64,000 bases of DNA from Octopus vulgaris (GCA_951406725.2 OX597820.1:16182001-16246000), one strand, 5' to 3'; positions 1-12,080 are shown, numbered from the stretch's first letter. Numbers and translations: made by a program. The notes: a model not told the origin generated them from the letters alone.

Positions 1-43
1 GAGAAACAATTATGAACTTTTTTATTACACTTAACTTTAAAAA

Positions 44-95
44 ATAGTTTTGATAAGGTTCGTTGTTCCAAGATGAACCGAAACATGTAAAATTT
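44..95 (+). ncRNA. Degenerate minimal hammerhead motif, U3-A8 core variant
   Basis: TTGATAA (50-56), helix II ggttcgtt/gatgaacc, GAAA (80-83), palindromic catg, TA; helix I weak. Confidence 0.4.
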
Positions 96-119
96 CTAAG
101 AAAATTAAAATTTATCTTA

Positions 120-1399
120 CGAGGGACGTTCAATAAGTAATGCCCCTGCAGTTGTTTGATCTAGCTAAAATTTTGCATGTACAATTATTTATATCTCTAT
201 AGATTAAGTGGCAAATTACAGCTCTGAGCTAATTGTGGTTTCTGATTTACAGGTGTTTGAACTGAGTCAAGTGTGAAATGGAGCCTGTTGAGTGTCGAGC
301 AGTGATCCGGTTTTTGTATTTGAAAGGACGCACACCACGGGAGACTTTTGATGAAATGAAAGTAACTTATGGTGATAATGCCCCATCATATGACCTTGTA
401 AAACGCTGGTATCGGGAATTCAAACATCGTCGGAACTCTGTGGAAACAGCTCCCAGATTTGGTCGCCCCCTTCTGCCATTGATGAGGCAGCTGTCCGTCA
501 AGTTGAGGCTGCCATTTTAGAAGATCGACGCAAAACTATTCGCCAAATAGCCCATGAGGTCAAGATTAGTACCGGGTCTGTGGAAACTATCATTCATGAC
601 CATTTGCATATGCAAAAGGTGTCTGCCAGATGGATTCCCAGGTTGCTCACACCTTTCCAGAAGCAAGAACGCGTCGAGCGCTCGAGGATGAATTTGGAGA
701 TGTGCCAAGAAGATGAGTCAAAACTTTTCAAAAGAGTGATTACACAGGATGAAACATGGGTCCATCACTATGATCCAGAGACCAAAGCCCAGTCAATGCA
801 GTGTAAGCACCGTGACTCACCTCCTCCAAAGAAGGCAAGAGTGCAGCCCTCCGCTGGCAAGGTCATGCTCACAGTCTTCTGGGACCAGGACGGAGTAGTG
901 ATGACAGATTTCCTGACAAAGGGTACCACAATTACTGGAGCCTATTATGCTTCACCTTTGAGGAAATTAAGAGAAGCTATCAAAATCAAGAGGCGGGGCA
1001 AGATCAGCAAAAGCATCCTCCTCCTGCAGGACAACGCTCCGGTCCACAACTCGCGTGTCGCCAGATCAGAAGCACAGGCGTGCGGCTATGAACTCCTCCC
1101 CCATCCCCCCTACTGTCCTGACCTTGCACCTTCTTATTTTCACCTCTTCCCAGCCATGAAGTTGTTTTTGAAAGGAAAGCGTTTCCCAGATGATGCAGCC
1201 TTGATTTCTGAAGTCACGTCGTGGTTGGAGGACCAAGCTGTGGTCTTCTACAAAAACGGTCTCCAGAGCTGCATCAAACGATGGGAGAAATGCGTAACTC
1301 TGGGTGGTTCGTATGTAGAAAGAGAAGCCAAGTGCCAAGTTTCGTTGATCTACTGCTATGGGAAGTGGGTCAGGGGCATTACTTATTGAACGCCCCTCG
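120..1399 (+). mobile_element. Full-length mariner (DD34D, irritans-like) DNA transposon, 1280 bp
   Basis: 29-bp TIRs cgagggacgttcaataagtaatgcccctg (120-148) and caggggcattacttattgaacgcccctcg (1371-1399), one mismatch; TA target duplication at 118-119 and 1400-1401. Confidence 0.97.
278..1389 (+). pseudogene. Mariner transposase, frameshifted, third catalytic Asp mutated
   Basis: ORFs 278-520 and 580-1389 join via a frameshift near 470; motifs WIPRLL, ITQDETW, LQDNAPVH, and YCPDLAPSY where the canonical motif is YSPDLAPxD. Confidence 0.93.
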
Positions 1400-1449
1400 T
1401 ATATAGTGGCGTTTTCAAACTTCTTTTTATAAATATATATATGTATATG

Positions 1450-1481
<32 letters not shown>

Positions 1482-1894
1482 TATACATACATATATATAC
1501 ATATATATATATATATATACATTATTATATAAGGTTAAAAAGTCTCTCTTGGGTGCTGCTGGTAGCATATAACCTCACTGCCTTGGATAAACTGCGGACA
1601 TCCTGTGAGATAAAATACATAAGACCCGTTAAAGAGTGAACGAAGCCAGGAGAGAACGGCCATCGATTTGTGTGCAAATGTGTTTCCTGAAAATCACTAT
1701 TAATTGGAAAGTATCTTGTGGTTTGAAAGGTCTAAGACAGTCGTCCTGAATCGTTTTTACCCTACTGGAGCCCTTTTCAATCTCTATTTCACTTTACTGG
1801 ACCCTCACAGATATTTGATGCTTTAAAAGTTTTGAGTTGTATTATTAAATATTATTAGATATTGTATCAAAAAAAAAACAAACCACAGACTGTC

Positions 1895-2044
1895 TAGGGG
1901 ACGCAACTCAACCTTTTTTACTCTCAAAAAAAATTTACCATAATTTTTTTTCCATTTTTTTGCTATTTTTTGGCTATAACTCTCTAAAAATGCTTTATAG
2001 TTATTTCCCTTACAAACCTGAGCAACGCCGGGCGATACTGCTAG
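1895..2044 (+). mobile_element. 3' end of a non-autonomous Helitron
   Basis: Hairpin cctgagcaacgccggg, then cgatactgCTAG|T; terminal ~65 bp match the reverse complement of 62975-63035; 5' boundary approximate. Confidence 0.7.
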
Positions 2045-2349
2045 TTAGCTATAATTACAATTAATTCGAGCTACTCTTGTTCATTAACCTAGTAACTATA
2101 GGCTTTTGTGTAACAGCCGGATCCCTGAATTCAAGTTCTAAGTTAATTGCAAAGATAACAGAGTTGCGGTTTATATGATTAATTTACCAGTAGTCAAAAA
2201 CAACGACGTCTTTAACTATCCGGTAACCTAATAAATAACATTGTGTAACACGATTTTTGTCCTCGGGTAACAACTGTCACTTCCTGTTTGCTTACCTCTG
2301 GAGAGTATGAAAAATGGCAGTTTCCTTCAAGCTTTGCTTTTGTTACATT

Positions 2350-2520
2350 TATTCAAACCCTAAATAATCCCTCTCAATACAAGACTATGATGCTCCTCCA
2401 CTACTCCCGCTCATGATCAGAGATGCATATATTGTCAGTCACTAAGGGACAAACTCAAGTGGTTATGGTCAAACCACTCACAAGCAAATCTGTGGTACTG
2501 AGCGGAATATTTGCTATAAC
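2350..2520. repeat. Diverged copy of the dispersed repeat at 32570-32985 and 33600-34018
   Basis: Shared tatgatgctc..ctact..gctcatgatcagagatgca..cactaagggac..ggttatggtcaaac. Confidence 0.75.
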
Positions 2521-2748
2521 GATGTTTCTTACTCGGCAACTCAACGCTGAATCTGTGTGAAATGCAGTGGAAAATAGGACAGTTTCAAAACGTTGATGTC
2601 CAGATCACAAAAGCAAATTTTGAATGGAACGGTAGTTATTTCCTTTGATTTCTAGACAGAACCAAATAGGAAATAACATTTACTGACCAAAGACGAGAAG
2701 AAAAAAACAGAAAAAAAAAAAGAAAATTTGCTATCGCATTTGATTTAG

Positions 2749-2810
<62 letters not shown>

Positions 2811-2816
<6 letters not shown>

Positions 2817-2883
2817 GAAGGAGCTTCTACAGGACTAGAACTGTTTCATTCAAAAGAAATCATCAGGAAGCTCCTTCTATAAA
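2811..2883 (-). ncRNA. Type I hammerhead ribozyme in a Penelope-like terminal fragment (fragment runs to ~2955)
   Basis: Minus strand: tttatagaaggagcttc-CTGATGA-t ttc tttt gaa t-GAAA-cag ttctagtc ctg-TA-gaagctccttctataaa; second copy of the family at 50627-50807. Confidence 0.8.
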
Positions 2884-2952
2884 ATAAATTAATTTACTCT
2901 GCTATGTATTGAGTACCTTATTGACTGTGGTTAACCCCGACTCAACCCGGGA

Positions 2953-3003
<51 letters not shown>

Positions 3004-3007
<4 letters not shown>

Positions 3008-3025
3008 CAGCAGTCCGAATCTTTG

Positions 3026-3063
<38 letters not shown>

Positions 3064-3086
3064 CAAAGATTCGGACTGCTGAAATG
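3004..3086. repeat. Perfect inverted repeat enclosing (TA)n
   Basis: atttcagcagtccgaatctttgtta / taacaaagattcggactgctgaaat on either side of a TA run. Confidence 0.9.
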
Positions 3087-3313
3087 ACTGAATCTATTGA
3101 AATGAATTGATAAGCTCACGTATAATATCCAAAGATACATCTTTTTTTTTCTGTGATGAAATTATACTCATGCCACATAAATGTAAATTTAATGTACAAA
3201 TTTGTAATTAAATTATTGAGTATTAATTGAAACGGCTGTATGAAGCGAAGACGACTGATTTCTTAATAATAAACAATTATTAACTACCTTATCTCCATTT
3301 TCTTCTTTTAAAT

Positions 3314-3385
<72 letters not shown>

Positions 3386-3531
3386 GACAATGATAAATCT
3401 CAGAGCGAGTTATAAACAGTAGCGGCAACTCATCGTGACGTATATTTGCCATTTGAATATGGCTGGGGCTACAAACTACAGTAGCATCCACCCTTAGGGG
3501 TTAGCCATATTCAAATGGCAAATATACGTCA
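3386..3531. mobile_element. Inverted-plus-direct fragment of the retrozyme-like family
   Basis: ~29-bp inverted repeat gtgacgtatatttgccatttgaatatggct / agccatattcaaatggcaaatatacgtcac; ggggctacaaactacagtagc..ggttagccat matches 50459-50517. Confidence 0.7.
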
Positions 3532-3932
3532 CTATATATATATGTATTTATATAAATTTAAATTCAAAATGAGGGTGTATATAAATTTAAATTTAAAACG
3601 AAGACGTTTGAAAAATAACCGCAAGTGTAATAGGTAGAACTAGATACAGATTTGCCCTCGTGCAGACGTCTCCGTATATAGTTCTGCAAATTATATTTGT
3701 ATAGACGGTCACACTGAGGATCTACGGACAGATTGTGTAAGTAAAAATTACGTAATATGTTAATAGTGAAACATGTATGTGAATAATCTATATTTTGTAT
3801 CTGTTCATTTGTCTTGCTCGCTTACGTTCTGGCGTTTGCTAAATTTTTCTTGAGAACATTTCTTAGTGGTAAGGCCATGGCGGATCTACTTCTAGCATAA
3901 GGGTTGTCCACATACTGGTCATCCCTCTCATT

Positions 3933-3992
<60 letters not shown>

Positions 3993-4267
3993 TATAGGCG
4001 TACGCACCCACGCACACACACACACACACACGCACACATATATCACTGATCACAATACGCTTTGCATCGCTTTAGCTGTTGAATGATGCCACCCTACTGA
4101 ACAGGCGGGTACTGTAGTAGCTCTACGTAACATTCCAGGTTACAGCTAACCGCATCAGGTAGTAAGTAATAAACATCAGTGATCACTTAGTATGACCAAG
4201 TCCGGATTTGCTTCGCTGGTTTTGGAATATTATCAGGAGTGTAAATTTCAAACAATTACAAAGAATG

Positions 4268-4347
<80 letters not shown>

Positions 4348-4400
4348 TATATCTACTATATATATATCATATATATGTGCGTCGCTTTAAAAGTATATAC

Positions 4401-4650
4401 TGTGAGCAAGAGCGAGTGGCTGTCATCTCTAGCCGGCGATTGTCCTGTACCGGCGAAAGAAATTACCCAGAAACCATTGGTGTACAGGTATCGCTACGGC
4501 TAGTAAGGGAGCAGTGGACTCCCTTGCTTACAGCTTGCGGACACATATCACGTGTCGGTAACCAGCTGGAAAAGATGTTTTCCTGGGGCTAAAAAGTAGT
4601 AACACTGTCCTACGTAGGACTGCCACGTTGCGTTGGCAAATAAACTTCAC
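4401..4650 (+). ncRNA. Highly structured retrozyme-like element with degenerate hammerhead
   Basis: Long hairpin 4430-4502 capped by cctgta-CCGGCGA..GAAA-cca t tgg-TG-tacagg; then hairpins aagggag/ctccctt, gacac/gtgtc, gaaaa/ttttc and ggggcta..agtaacac, in the same order as in 50302-50480. Confidence 0.7.
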
Positions 4651-4657
4651 TATATAT

Positions 4658-4743
<86 letters not shown>

Positions 4744-4744
4744 T

Positions 4745-5047
4745 TGTTGTTTGTTCCTTCTCAAGCCATACCTGGCTCATAAGGGCCGGTTTCCCGGTTT
4801 CCTTGGCGTATAGGTTCCCCACCTGGACGGGACGCCGGTCCATCGCAGGTGAGCTGCAAGATGCAGGAGGAAAGAGTGAGAGAAAGTTGTGGCGAAAGAG
4901 TCAGCAGAAGTTCGCCATTACCTTCTGTCGGAGCCGCGTGGTGCTTAGGTGTTTCGCTCATAAACACAGACATCGACCGGTCTGAGATTCAAACCCGCGA
5001 TCCCTCGACCGCGAGTCCCGCTGCTCTAACCACTAGGCCATGTGCCT

Positions 5048-5050
<3 letters not shown>
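4745..5050 (-). mobile_element. tRNA-derived SINE with V-domain-like 3' part (family D)
   Basis: tRNA-like head ggcacatggcctagtggttagagc..gtttgaatc; ctgcgatggaccggcgtcccgtccagg; copies at 30595-30800 (-) and 61115-61400 (+). Confidence 0.85.
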
Positions 5051-5096
<46 letters not shown>

Positions 5097-5434
5097 TATA
5101 TATATATATTAGATAATAAGACGAATGGTTCATACCAGGTCGCTTACTGGTAAAACGCGGTCACTTTCACGGCGTTCGTTACGTATTTGATCCCGTAAGG
5201 GGTCGCTGCTAGATGGGCCGAAACAATTATAGTGATTACTAAAAATTCTCGTATCTTTCATCTTTTGTCTCTTATTAACCATATATGTATGTGTGCTAGT
5301 GTGTGTATGTATGTATGTATGTATGTATGTATGTATGTATGTATGTATGTATGTATGTATGTATGTATGTATGTATGTATGCGGGTGTATGTGTATGTTT
5401 ACATACATACATACATACATACAAAATAAAATAA

Positions 5435-5685
5435 ATGTGCCCTTTTAAAGCCGAGCCAGGCTCAAGGGCCCGGTTTCCCGGTTTCTATGGCGTATGTGTT
5501 CCCCCAGCTGGACGAGACGCCAGTCCATCGCAGCGTGTCTCATTTTTGCCAGCTGAGTGGACTGGAGCAACGTGAAATGAAGTGTTTTGCTCAAGAACAC
5601 AACACGTCGCCCGGTCCAGGAATCGAAACCACAATCTCACGATCATGGTGCTGACACCCTAACCACTAAGCCACGCGACTCCACA
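5435..5685 (-). mobile_element. tRNA-derived SINE with CORE-like and V-like domains
   Basis: A box tggcttagtgg, B box tttcgattcc, gtgttcttgagcaaaacactt; near-identical copy at 8075-8330. Confidence 0.85.
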
Positions 5686-6604
5686 CATACATACATACAT
5701 ACATACATACATACATACATACATACATACATAAATTCACTCAAAGAAATTAACTCATAAATTCACTCACAAGGCATTAGCTTATCCGGTGCTATTGTAG
5801 TTGCATAGCAATCTTCTTAACCACACAGAATTGCCTGCACCTTAATCTGAATATTTCTTATTTGAACAAAACTAGTGAACGGCATCATACTAAAAAATGT
5901 TAAGGGTTTTGCATTTTCTAAATTTCAGCAATATAGATTCATGCTTGAATCTACCAACTCAAATACGAAAATAAGCTCGGAAAACGTGTCATAAATTTTA
6001 GTAACCTGAGGGTTAGCTAACGCCGTCGTGTAGTTGTGTGTACAATGGCGATGTTATAAAACTGTAATTGTTAGGAGTGTCAGCAGAGAACAGAATATAA
6101 AGTCATACAGTCGAGATGACAGTTTTATTTCGTTTTTTTCTTTTTCCAGAATAGAAAACACGTGCACTTTTAATAAATAAATGTAGGTCTGTGTTTAGTA
6201 AGCAATTTGTCTGAAGCGAAAATGTTCTTGCTTTAAGTATTACACTTTGCCTGGCTCAAACGTTTATCGAATCTAATATCTTCAACTTTTCTTATGAATT
6301 CGCAGACGACTGGAATGAGTGAAACAGCAATTATAAAACAACAAAACTATTTGATATTAAGGTATTAGTGCCGCTTCCACACCATTAATATTGTCTTTTA
6401 TTTTAAACAATATAATATCTTAATACGGAATTTTGTCAGTGAGCAGATCGCGGTCTCAAAGCGACGAAAATATTTTGACAAATTAAACTTAAATGTTGAA
6501 GTGAATCTAACGGGGTTTTTTTGTGTGTTTCTTAAATGGCTTATAAACACCTTCTACGCTGCAGTTGTTTTCGTTCCAGCATACGATCTCAGATCAGGTC
6601 ACTT

Positions 6605-7800
6605 GCTTAATTTATCGACCCCGCAAGGATGAAAGGCAAAGTCGACCTCGGCGAAATTTGAACTCAGAACGTAGCGGCAGACGAAATACCTATTTCATTA
6701 CTACCCACAAGGGGCTAAAGACAGAGAGGACAAACAAGGACAGACAAACGGATTAAGTTGATTATATCGACCCCAGTGCGTAACTGGTACTTATTTAATC
6801 GACCCCGAAAAGATGAAAGGCAAAGTGGACCTAGGCGGAATTTGAACTCAGAACGTAACGGCAGACGAAATACTGCTAAGCATTTCGCCCGGCGTGCTAA
6901 CGTTTCTGCCAGCTCATCACCTTTTGTTCAAGGCAAAATATAAACGCATCACTTTCTTGCTTGGTTATAAATCTGCTTCTATCTATTTTGAATTTACCAT
7001 TCCTTTTAAGATGGTTTTAAGATTAATTAGCTTTCCACTCCAGAGCAAATTAATAATTAAATGTTTCAAAAATAGCAATTGACATTACGTATTAACAACT
7101 TGAAGAATGTCTATTTTAAGTATTTTTTAAAGATGTGTACTTAACTGTAAGTCGTTCACATTCCTATTGAAGTCTGAAGTTTTAGGATAGCGGTGGTATA
7201 TTTGCGACAATGATGAAGCAATAATATTGGCTTCTAATTCTGGCTGAAGGTCATAAATTTCGGGTGAGGGGTAAATCGATTAAATTGATCCCTGATGCTC
7301 AACTGGTGCTTTTTTTGTCGACCCCGGACGCGTGAAAGTGAAAGTCGACCTCGGCAGAATTTGAACTCCGAACGTTAAGACAGATGAAATGCCTATTTCT
7401 TTATTACCCACAAGGGGCTAAACACAGAGAGGACAAACAAGGACAGACAAACGGATTAAGTCGATTATATCGACCACCAGTGCGTAACTGGTACTTATTT
7501 AATCGACCCCGAAAGGATGAAAGGCAAAGTCGACCCCGGCGGAATTTGAACTCAGAAAATAATGGCAGATGAAATACCGCTGAGCATTTCGCCCGGCGCG
7601 CTAACCTCTGCCAGCTCGCCGCCTTATAAAGGAAATAACTAATACCGGTTTCAGATTTTGACACAAGGTCTGCAGGTTCGAATGGGTGGGGGTAAGTCGA
7701 TTACATTGAATTCAGGGCTCGATTGGTACTTAATTTATTGACCGCGAAAGAATGAAAAGCAAAGTCGACCTCGCGGAATTTAATCTCAGAACGTCAAAGC
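6605..7800 (-). mobile_element. Cluster of family A tRNA-SINE copies (Meta-domain-like core gtcgactttgcctttcatcctttcggggtcgataaa)
   Basis: Repeated gaaaggcaaagtcgacctcggcggaatttgaactcagaacg at ~6630, 6815, 7340, 7520, 7760. Confidence 0.85.
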
Positions 7801-8074
7801 AATAACTAATATTAACCTTCAGAACCCCAGCGGTCGCTATTCCGGCCACCAGCCACAGATACAAATATAAATTCCGGCCACCAGCCGCAGACACAAATAC
7901 CCCAGCCGCCGCTTTACCGGCCAGTATTTTCTGCATTGGAAAACCAGACTGTAACTACTGGTTCGACTGGCACTACAAGCGATATTTTTTTTAAATGGTA
8001 AGGACAATACTGCCATCTATTTGGCATTTTCTTTCGATATGAAAGACAGAAAACACCCATAAGTGAATAAATAA

Positions 8075-8330
8075 ATAAATGCGCCCTTTTTTAAAGCCTA
8101 GCCAGGCTCATGGACCCGGTTTCCCGGTTTCAGTGGCATATGTGTTTCCCAGCTGGACGGGACGCCGGTCCATTGCAGCGTTACTCATTTTTGCCAGCTG
8201 AGTTGACTGGAGCAATGTGAAATGAAATGTTTTGCTGAAGAACACAACACGTCGCCCGGTCCAGGAATTGAAACCACAATCTTACAATCATGATGCTGAC
8301 ACCCTAACCACTAAGCCACGCACCTCCACC
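8075..8330 (-). mobile_element. SINE, copy of 5435-5685
   Basis: Direct sequence similarity. Confidence 0.85.
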
Positions 8331-8449
8331 ATATAAGTGACACTGAAACAATATTAGGTGGGAAATCATTTCTTTGGCTCTTTTACACAGGAAACCTGGA
8401 GTGAGGGTACCAAAGACAACGGGTATCTGGGGTTCAAAGGGTTAATGGA

Positions 8450-8838
8450 TGGAAGCACTCCGTCGGTTACGACGACGAGGGTTCCGGTTGATCCGAATCA
8501 ACGGAACAGCCTGCTCGTGAAATTAACGTGTAAGTGGCTGAGCACTCAACAGACACGTGTACCCTTAACGTAGTTCTCGGGGATATTCAGCGTGACACAG
8601 AGAGTGACAAGGCCGGCCCTTTGAAATACAGGTACAACAGAAACAGGAAGTAAGAGTGAGAGAAAGTTTTGGTGAAAGAGTACAGCAGGGATCACCACCA
8701 TCCCCTGCCGGAGCCTCGTGGAGCCTTTTTTAAGGTGTTTTCGCTCAATAAACACTCACAACGCCCGGTCTGGGAATCGAAACCGCGATCCTATGACCGC
8801 GAGTCCGCTGCCCTAACCACTGGGCCATTGCGCCTCCA
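8450..8838 (-). mobile_element. Full-length tRNA-derived SINE (family C, ~385 bp)
   Basis: Head ggaggcgcaatggcccagtggttagggcagcggactcgcgg..ttcgattccc; near-identical to 35726-36094 (+). Confidence 0.9.
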
Positions 8839-9539
8839 AAGGGTTATTAACGTTTCACGAAAAAAGATACTGGCATAAGTGTTATTTTTCTTTCTTTTTG
8901 CTAATGCTTGAAAATATAACGTTATTGAATTTACTCACGTCTTATTTATGAATGTACATTTAATCTATCTATCTATCTTTCTATCTATCTATGTTCATAT
9001 ATATTTATTACCATATATGCATGTGTGTGTGTGTATGTGTTTGTATATCAAAAGATAATTGATATATGACGTTTAGTAGCCACTTATATTTATTTCCCCC
9101 CACTTAGTATATTTTACATTGACGCAGCTCAATCTCACTTGTATTAAATATAACTTCCTACATCATCATCATCAACTGCGCCGCCACCACAACCAACAAC
9201 GACAACAATCTCGGCCATGACCACGACGTCGACAACAGCAACAGCAGCAACATAATGGAATGCCCGTATATGTCATTTAAAAAAAATCTAAAATTTATTA
9301 TGCTTGCAGAAAGACCGCCCTCCGGACGGTGTTTTCTGATAATCGCTAAATGCTATCTACATTTGATTCCCTATCATTTATATACATATATATATATGCA
9401 TGTGCGTGAGTGTGTGTATGTATGTTTGTATGTATGTATGTATGTATGTATGTATGTATGTATGTGTATAATATATATATGATTGATCGCTAGCCACTAA
9501 ACCTTTTTTTATTCTCTCTCTGTTTATTTCATCGTGTTC

Positions 9540-9578
9540 CTTTTCTGCTGAAGAGTTTAGGCTCGAAACGTAAAAGAC
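9540..9578 (+). ncRNA. Minimal hammerhead motif in a Penelope-like end (9480-9660)
   Basis: CTGAAGA-gtttaggctc-GAAA-cg-TA-aaaga; helix I imperfect; related to 40611-40649 and ~13090-13115. Confidence 0.55.
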
Positions 9579-9965
9579 TTTCTCACCTTCCCAAGCGTTA
9601 AACTAATACACCTGTTTGTTGTTTACACACCCGTCTTTTGTCTTTTTGTAAATTCCAAACATATATATATATATATATATATATAAATGTGTGTGTGTGT
9701 GTGTGTGTATGTATATATATGTGTGTGTTTCGATTCCCAGACCGGGCGTTGTGAGTGTTTATTGAGCGAAACACCTAAAAGCTCCACGAGGCTCCGACAG
9801 GGGGTGGTGATCCCTGCTGTACTCTTTCACCACTCTTTCTCCCACTCTTTCTTCTGTTGGCCTGTGCTTAGCCAGCGGGGTGGCGTCATTTGAAGGCTAA
9901 AACAATGCGAACACATTGTGACCAGCGTGTGTAACAACATCTGATGGTCTGGTCGGTCACGTGAT

Positions 9966-10025
<60 letters not shown>

Positions 10026-10569
10026 AGGGTGGCTGTGTGGTAAGTAGCTTGCTTACCAACCACATGGTTCTGCCTGGCATCTTGTCCGCCAAGCATTTTG
10101 TCCGGTGCGGTAACGATGCTGCCAGCTCGCCGCCTTAATACCATACATTAATTTTTTTCTACTCTAGGCACAAGGCCCAAAATTTTGTGGGAGGTGGGGA
10201 AGTCAATTAGATCGACCCCAGTAAGCAAATGGCACTTAATTTCTCGACCCCGAAATGGATGAAAGGTAAAGCCGACCTCGGCGGAATTTGAACTCAGAAC
10301 CTAAAGACAGACGAAAACTTTGAAAAATATTGCTTAATGAATGCCATGGCACGCAACTACCAACACCCTCACGCACTCACGCGCATTTTAAAGAGAGAGA
10401 GAGAGAGACAGAAGGTTATGTCTTGTTGGCGAGGCTGAGCCGTGTGTTTTGTATGGCGTTGATTTGGCAGTAATCAATGTTCATAGATGAGTTGAATATA
10501 GAAGTAACGATGATGGCATAACGATACGACAATGATATTGACACAGTTCTGGCTACCTGGACATGCAAG

Positions 10570-10914
10570 TAAAGAAAGGGGGGGAATGGTTAAAGGAAGA
10601 AAGGAAGGGAGGAAAAGGGGGAAGGAAGGAAGGAAGGAAAGAAAGAAAGAAAGAGAGAAAGAAAGAAAGAAAGAAAGGAAGAAGGAAGGAAGGAAAGAAA
10701 GTAAAGAATGAAGAAGGGAAGAAAGAAAGAAAGAAAGAAAGAACGAAAGAAAGAAGGAAGGAAGGAAAGAAAGAAGGAAAGAAGGAAAAGAAGATAGAAG
10801 GGAAGAAAGGAAGATAGAAAGAACGAAAGAAAGGAAGGAAAAGATAAAATGAAAGAAAGAAAGAAAGAAGGAAAGAGGGGGAAATGAATAGAGAGAACGA
10901 AAGAAAGAGAGGGA

Positions 10915-10962
<48 letters not shown>

Positions 10963-10968
10963 GAGGGA

Positions 10969-10999
<31 letters not shown>

Positions 11000-11050
11000 G
11001 AAGAAAGAAGGAAAGAGAGAGAAAGAATAAAAGAAGGAAAGAAAGAAAAA

Positions 11051-11118
<68 letters not shown>

Positions 11119-11185
11119 AGAATAAGAGAAAGAAAGAAAGAATAAAAGAAAGAGAGAAAGAAAGGAAGGAAGGAGGAAAGAAAGA
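10570..11185. repeat. Polypurine (GAAA/GGAA)n tract
   Basis: About 600 bp of almost only A/G. Confidence 0.95.
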
Positions 11186-11381
11186 ATTGTCGGTTAGCAT
11201 TCTGTGATGTGCTTCCTATGTCTGTCCTGTGTTGTTCGCAACCGAAAAACTGGTAACATCGAATTATTTCGTCACGCAACCATTGAGACATGGTAAATAT
11301 TTCCTGTTCGTCGTCGTTTCTTTCCAAGATAACTGGAGCAACGTTTGACCGACTTTGACGCCGACTCCGACATTGCTGTAC

Positions 11382-11432
<51 letters not shown>

Positions 11433-11765
11433 GAGTCAGTGTGTACCCGTGTACGCATAGATATGTGAATGCGTGCGCTTGGATGTGTGGGTGTTTGTAT
11501 GTGTCTATGCATTTGTGTGTGCTTGTGTGCCTATGCGTTTGTGTGCTTGTGTGCATATGTGTGTGTGTGTCCGTGTGTGTGTGTCCGCGTGTGTATGTGG
11601 GTGGGGCTGGAGTGCGTGCTTGTGCATAAGTGTGTTTCAGTGTGAGTGTGTGTGTTTGTATTATATGTATGCACTATGTGGATATAGGTGTGTAAGCATA
11701 TGTATTTGTATGCCTCTGTGTGTCTGTGAGTATATGTATGTGTGTATACGCCCGTGTATAGTGTA

Positions 11766-11827
<62 letters not shown>

Positions 11828-11902
11828 GGAGTAAACACATAAATGTGAAACAAGGTGGAAAAAAGAGTATTTAAATACCGAATTGTCATATCGGTTCTAT
11901 TT

Positions 11903-11957
11903 TAACAAAACTGTCCGACGAACGAGAACGTGAAACTCCGAGTAACAGGTTTTGTTG
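11903..11957 (+). ncRNA. Type I hammerhead, U4C core variant
   Basis: aacaaaactgt-CCGACGA-acg agaa cgt-GAAA-ctc c gag-TA-acaggttttgtt; all three helices pair; AATAAA downstream; embedded in (TA)n. Confidence 0.75.
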
Positions 11958-11987
11958 AATTTCTGCTGCTTTTAAATAAAGTATATA

Positions 11988-12080
<93 letters not shown>

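Noticed and set aside
8765-8838. tRNA-like sequences (also ~4975-5050, 35726, 52912)
   Set aside because: They are SINE heads running into repeat bodies and do not form complete cloverleafs.
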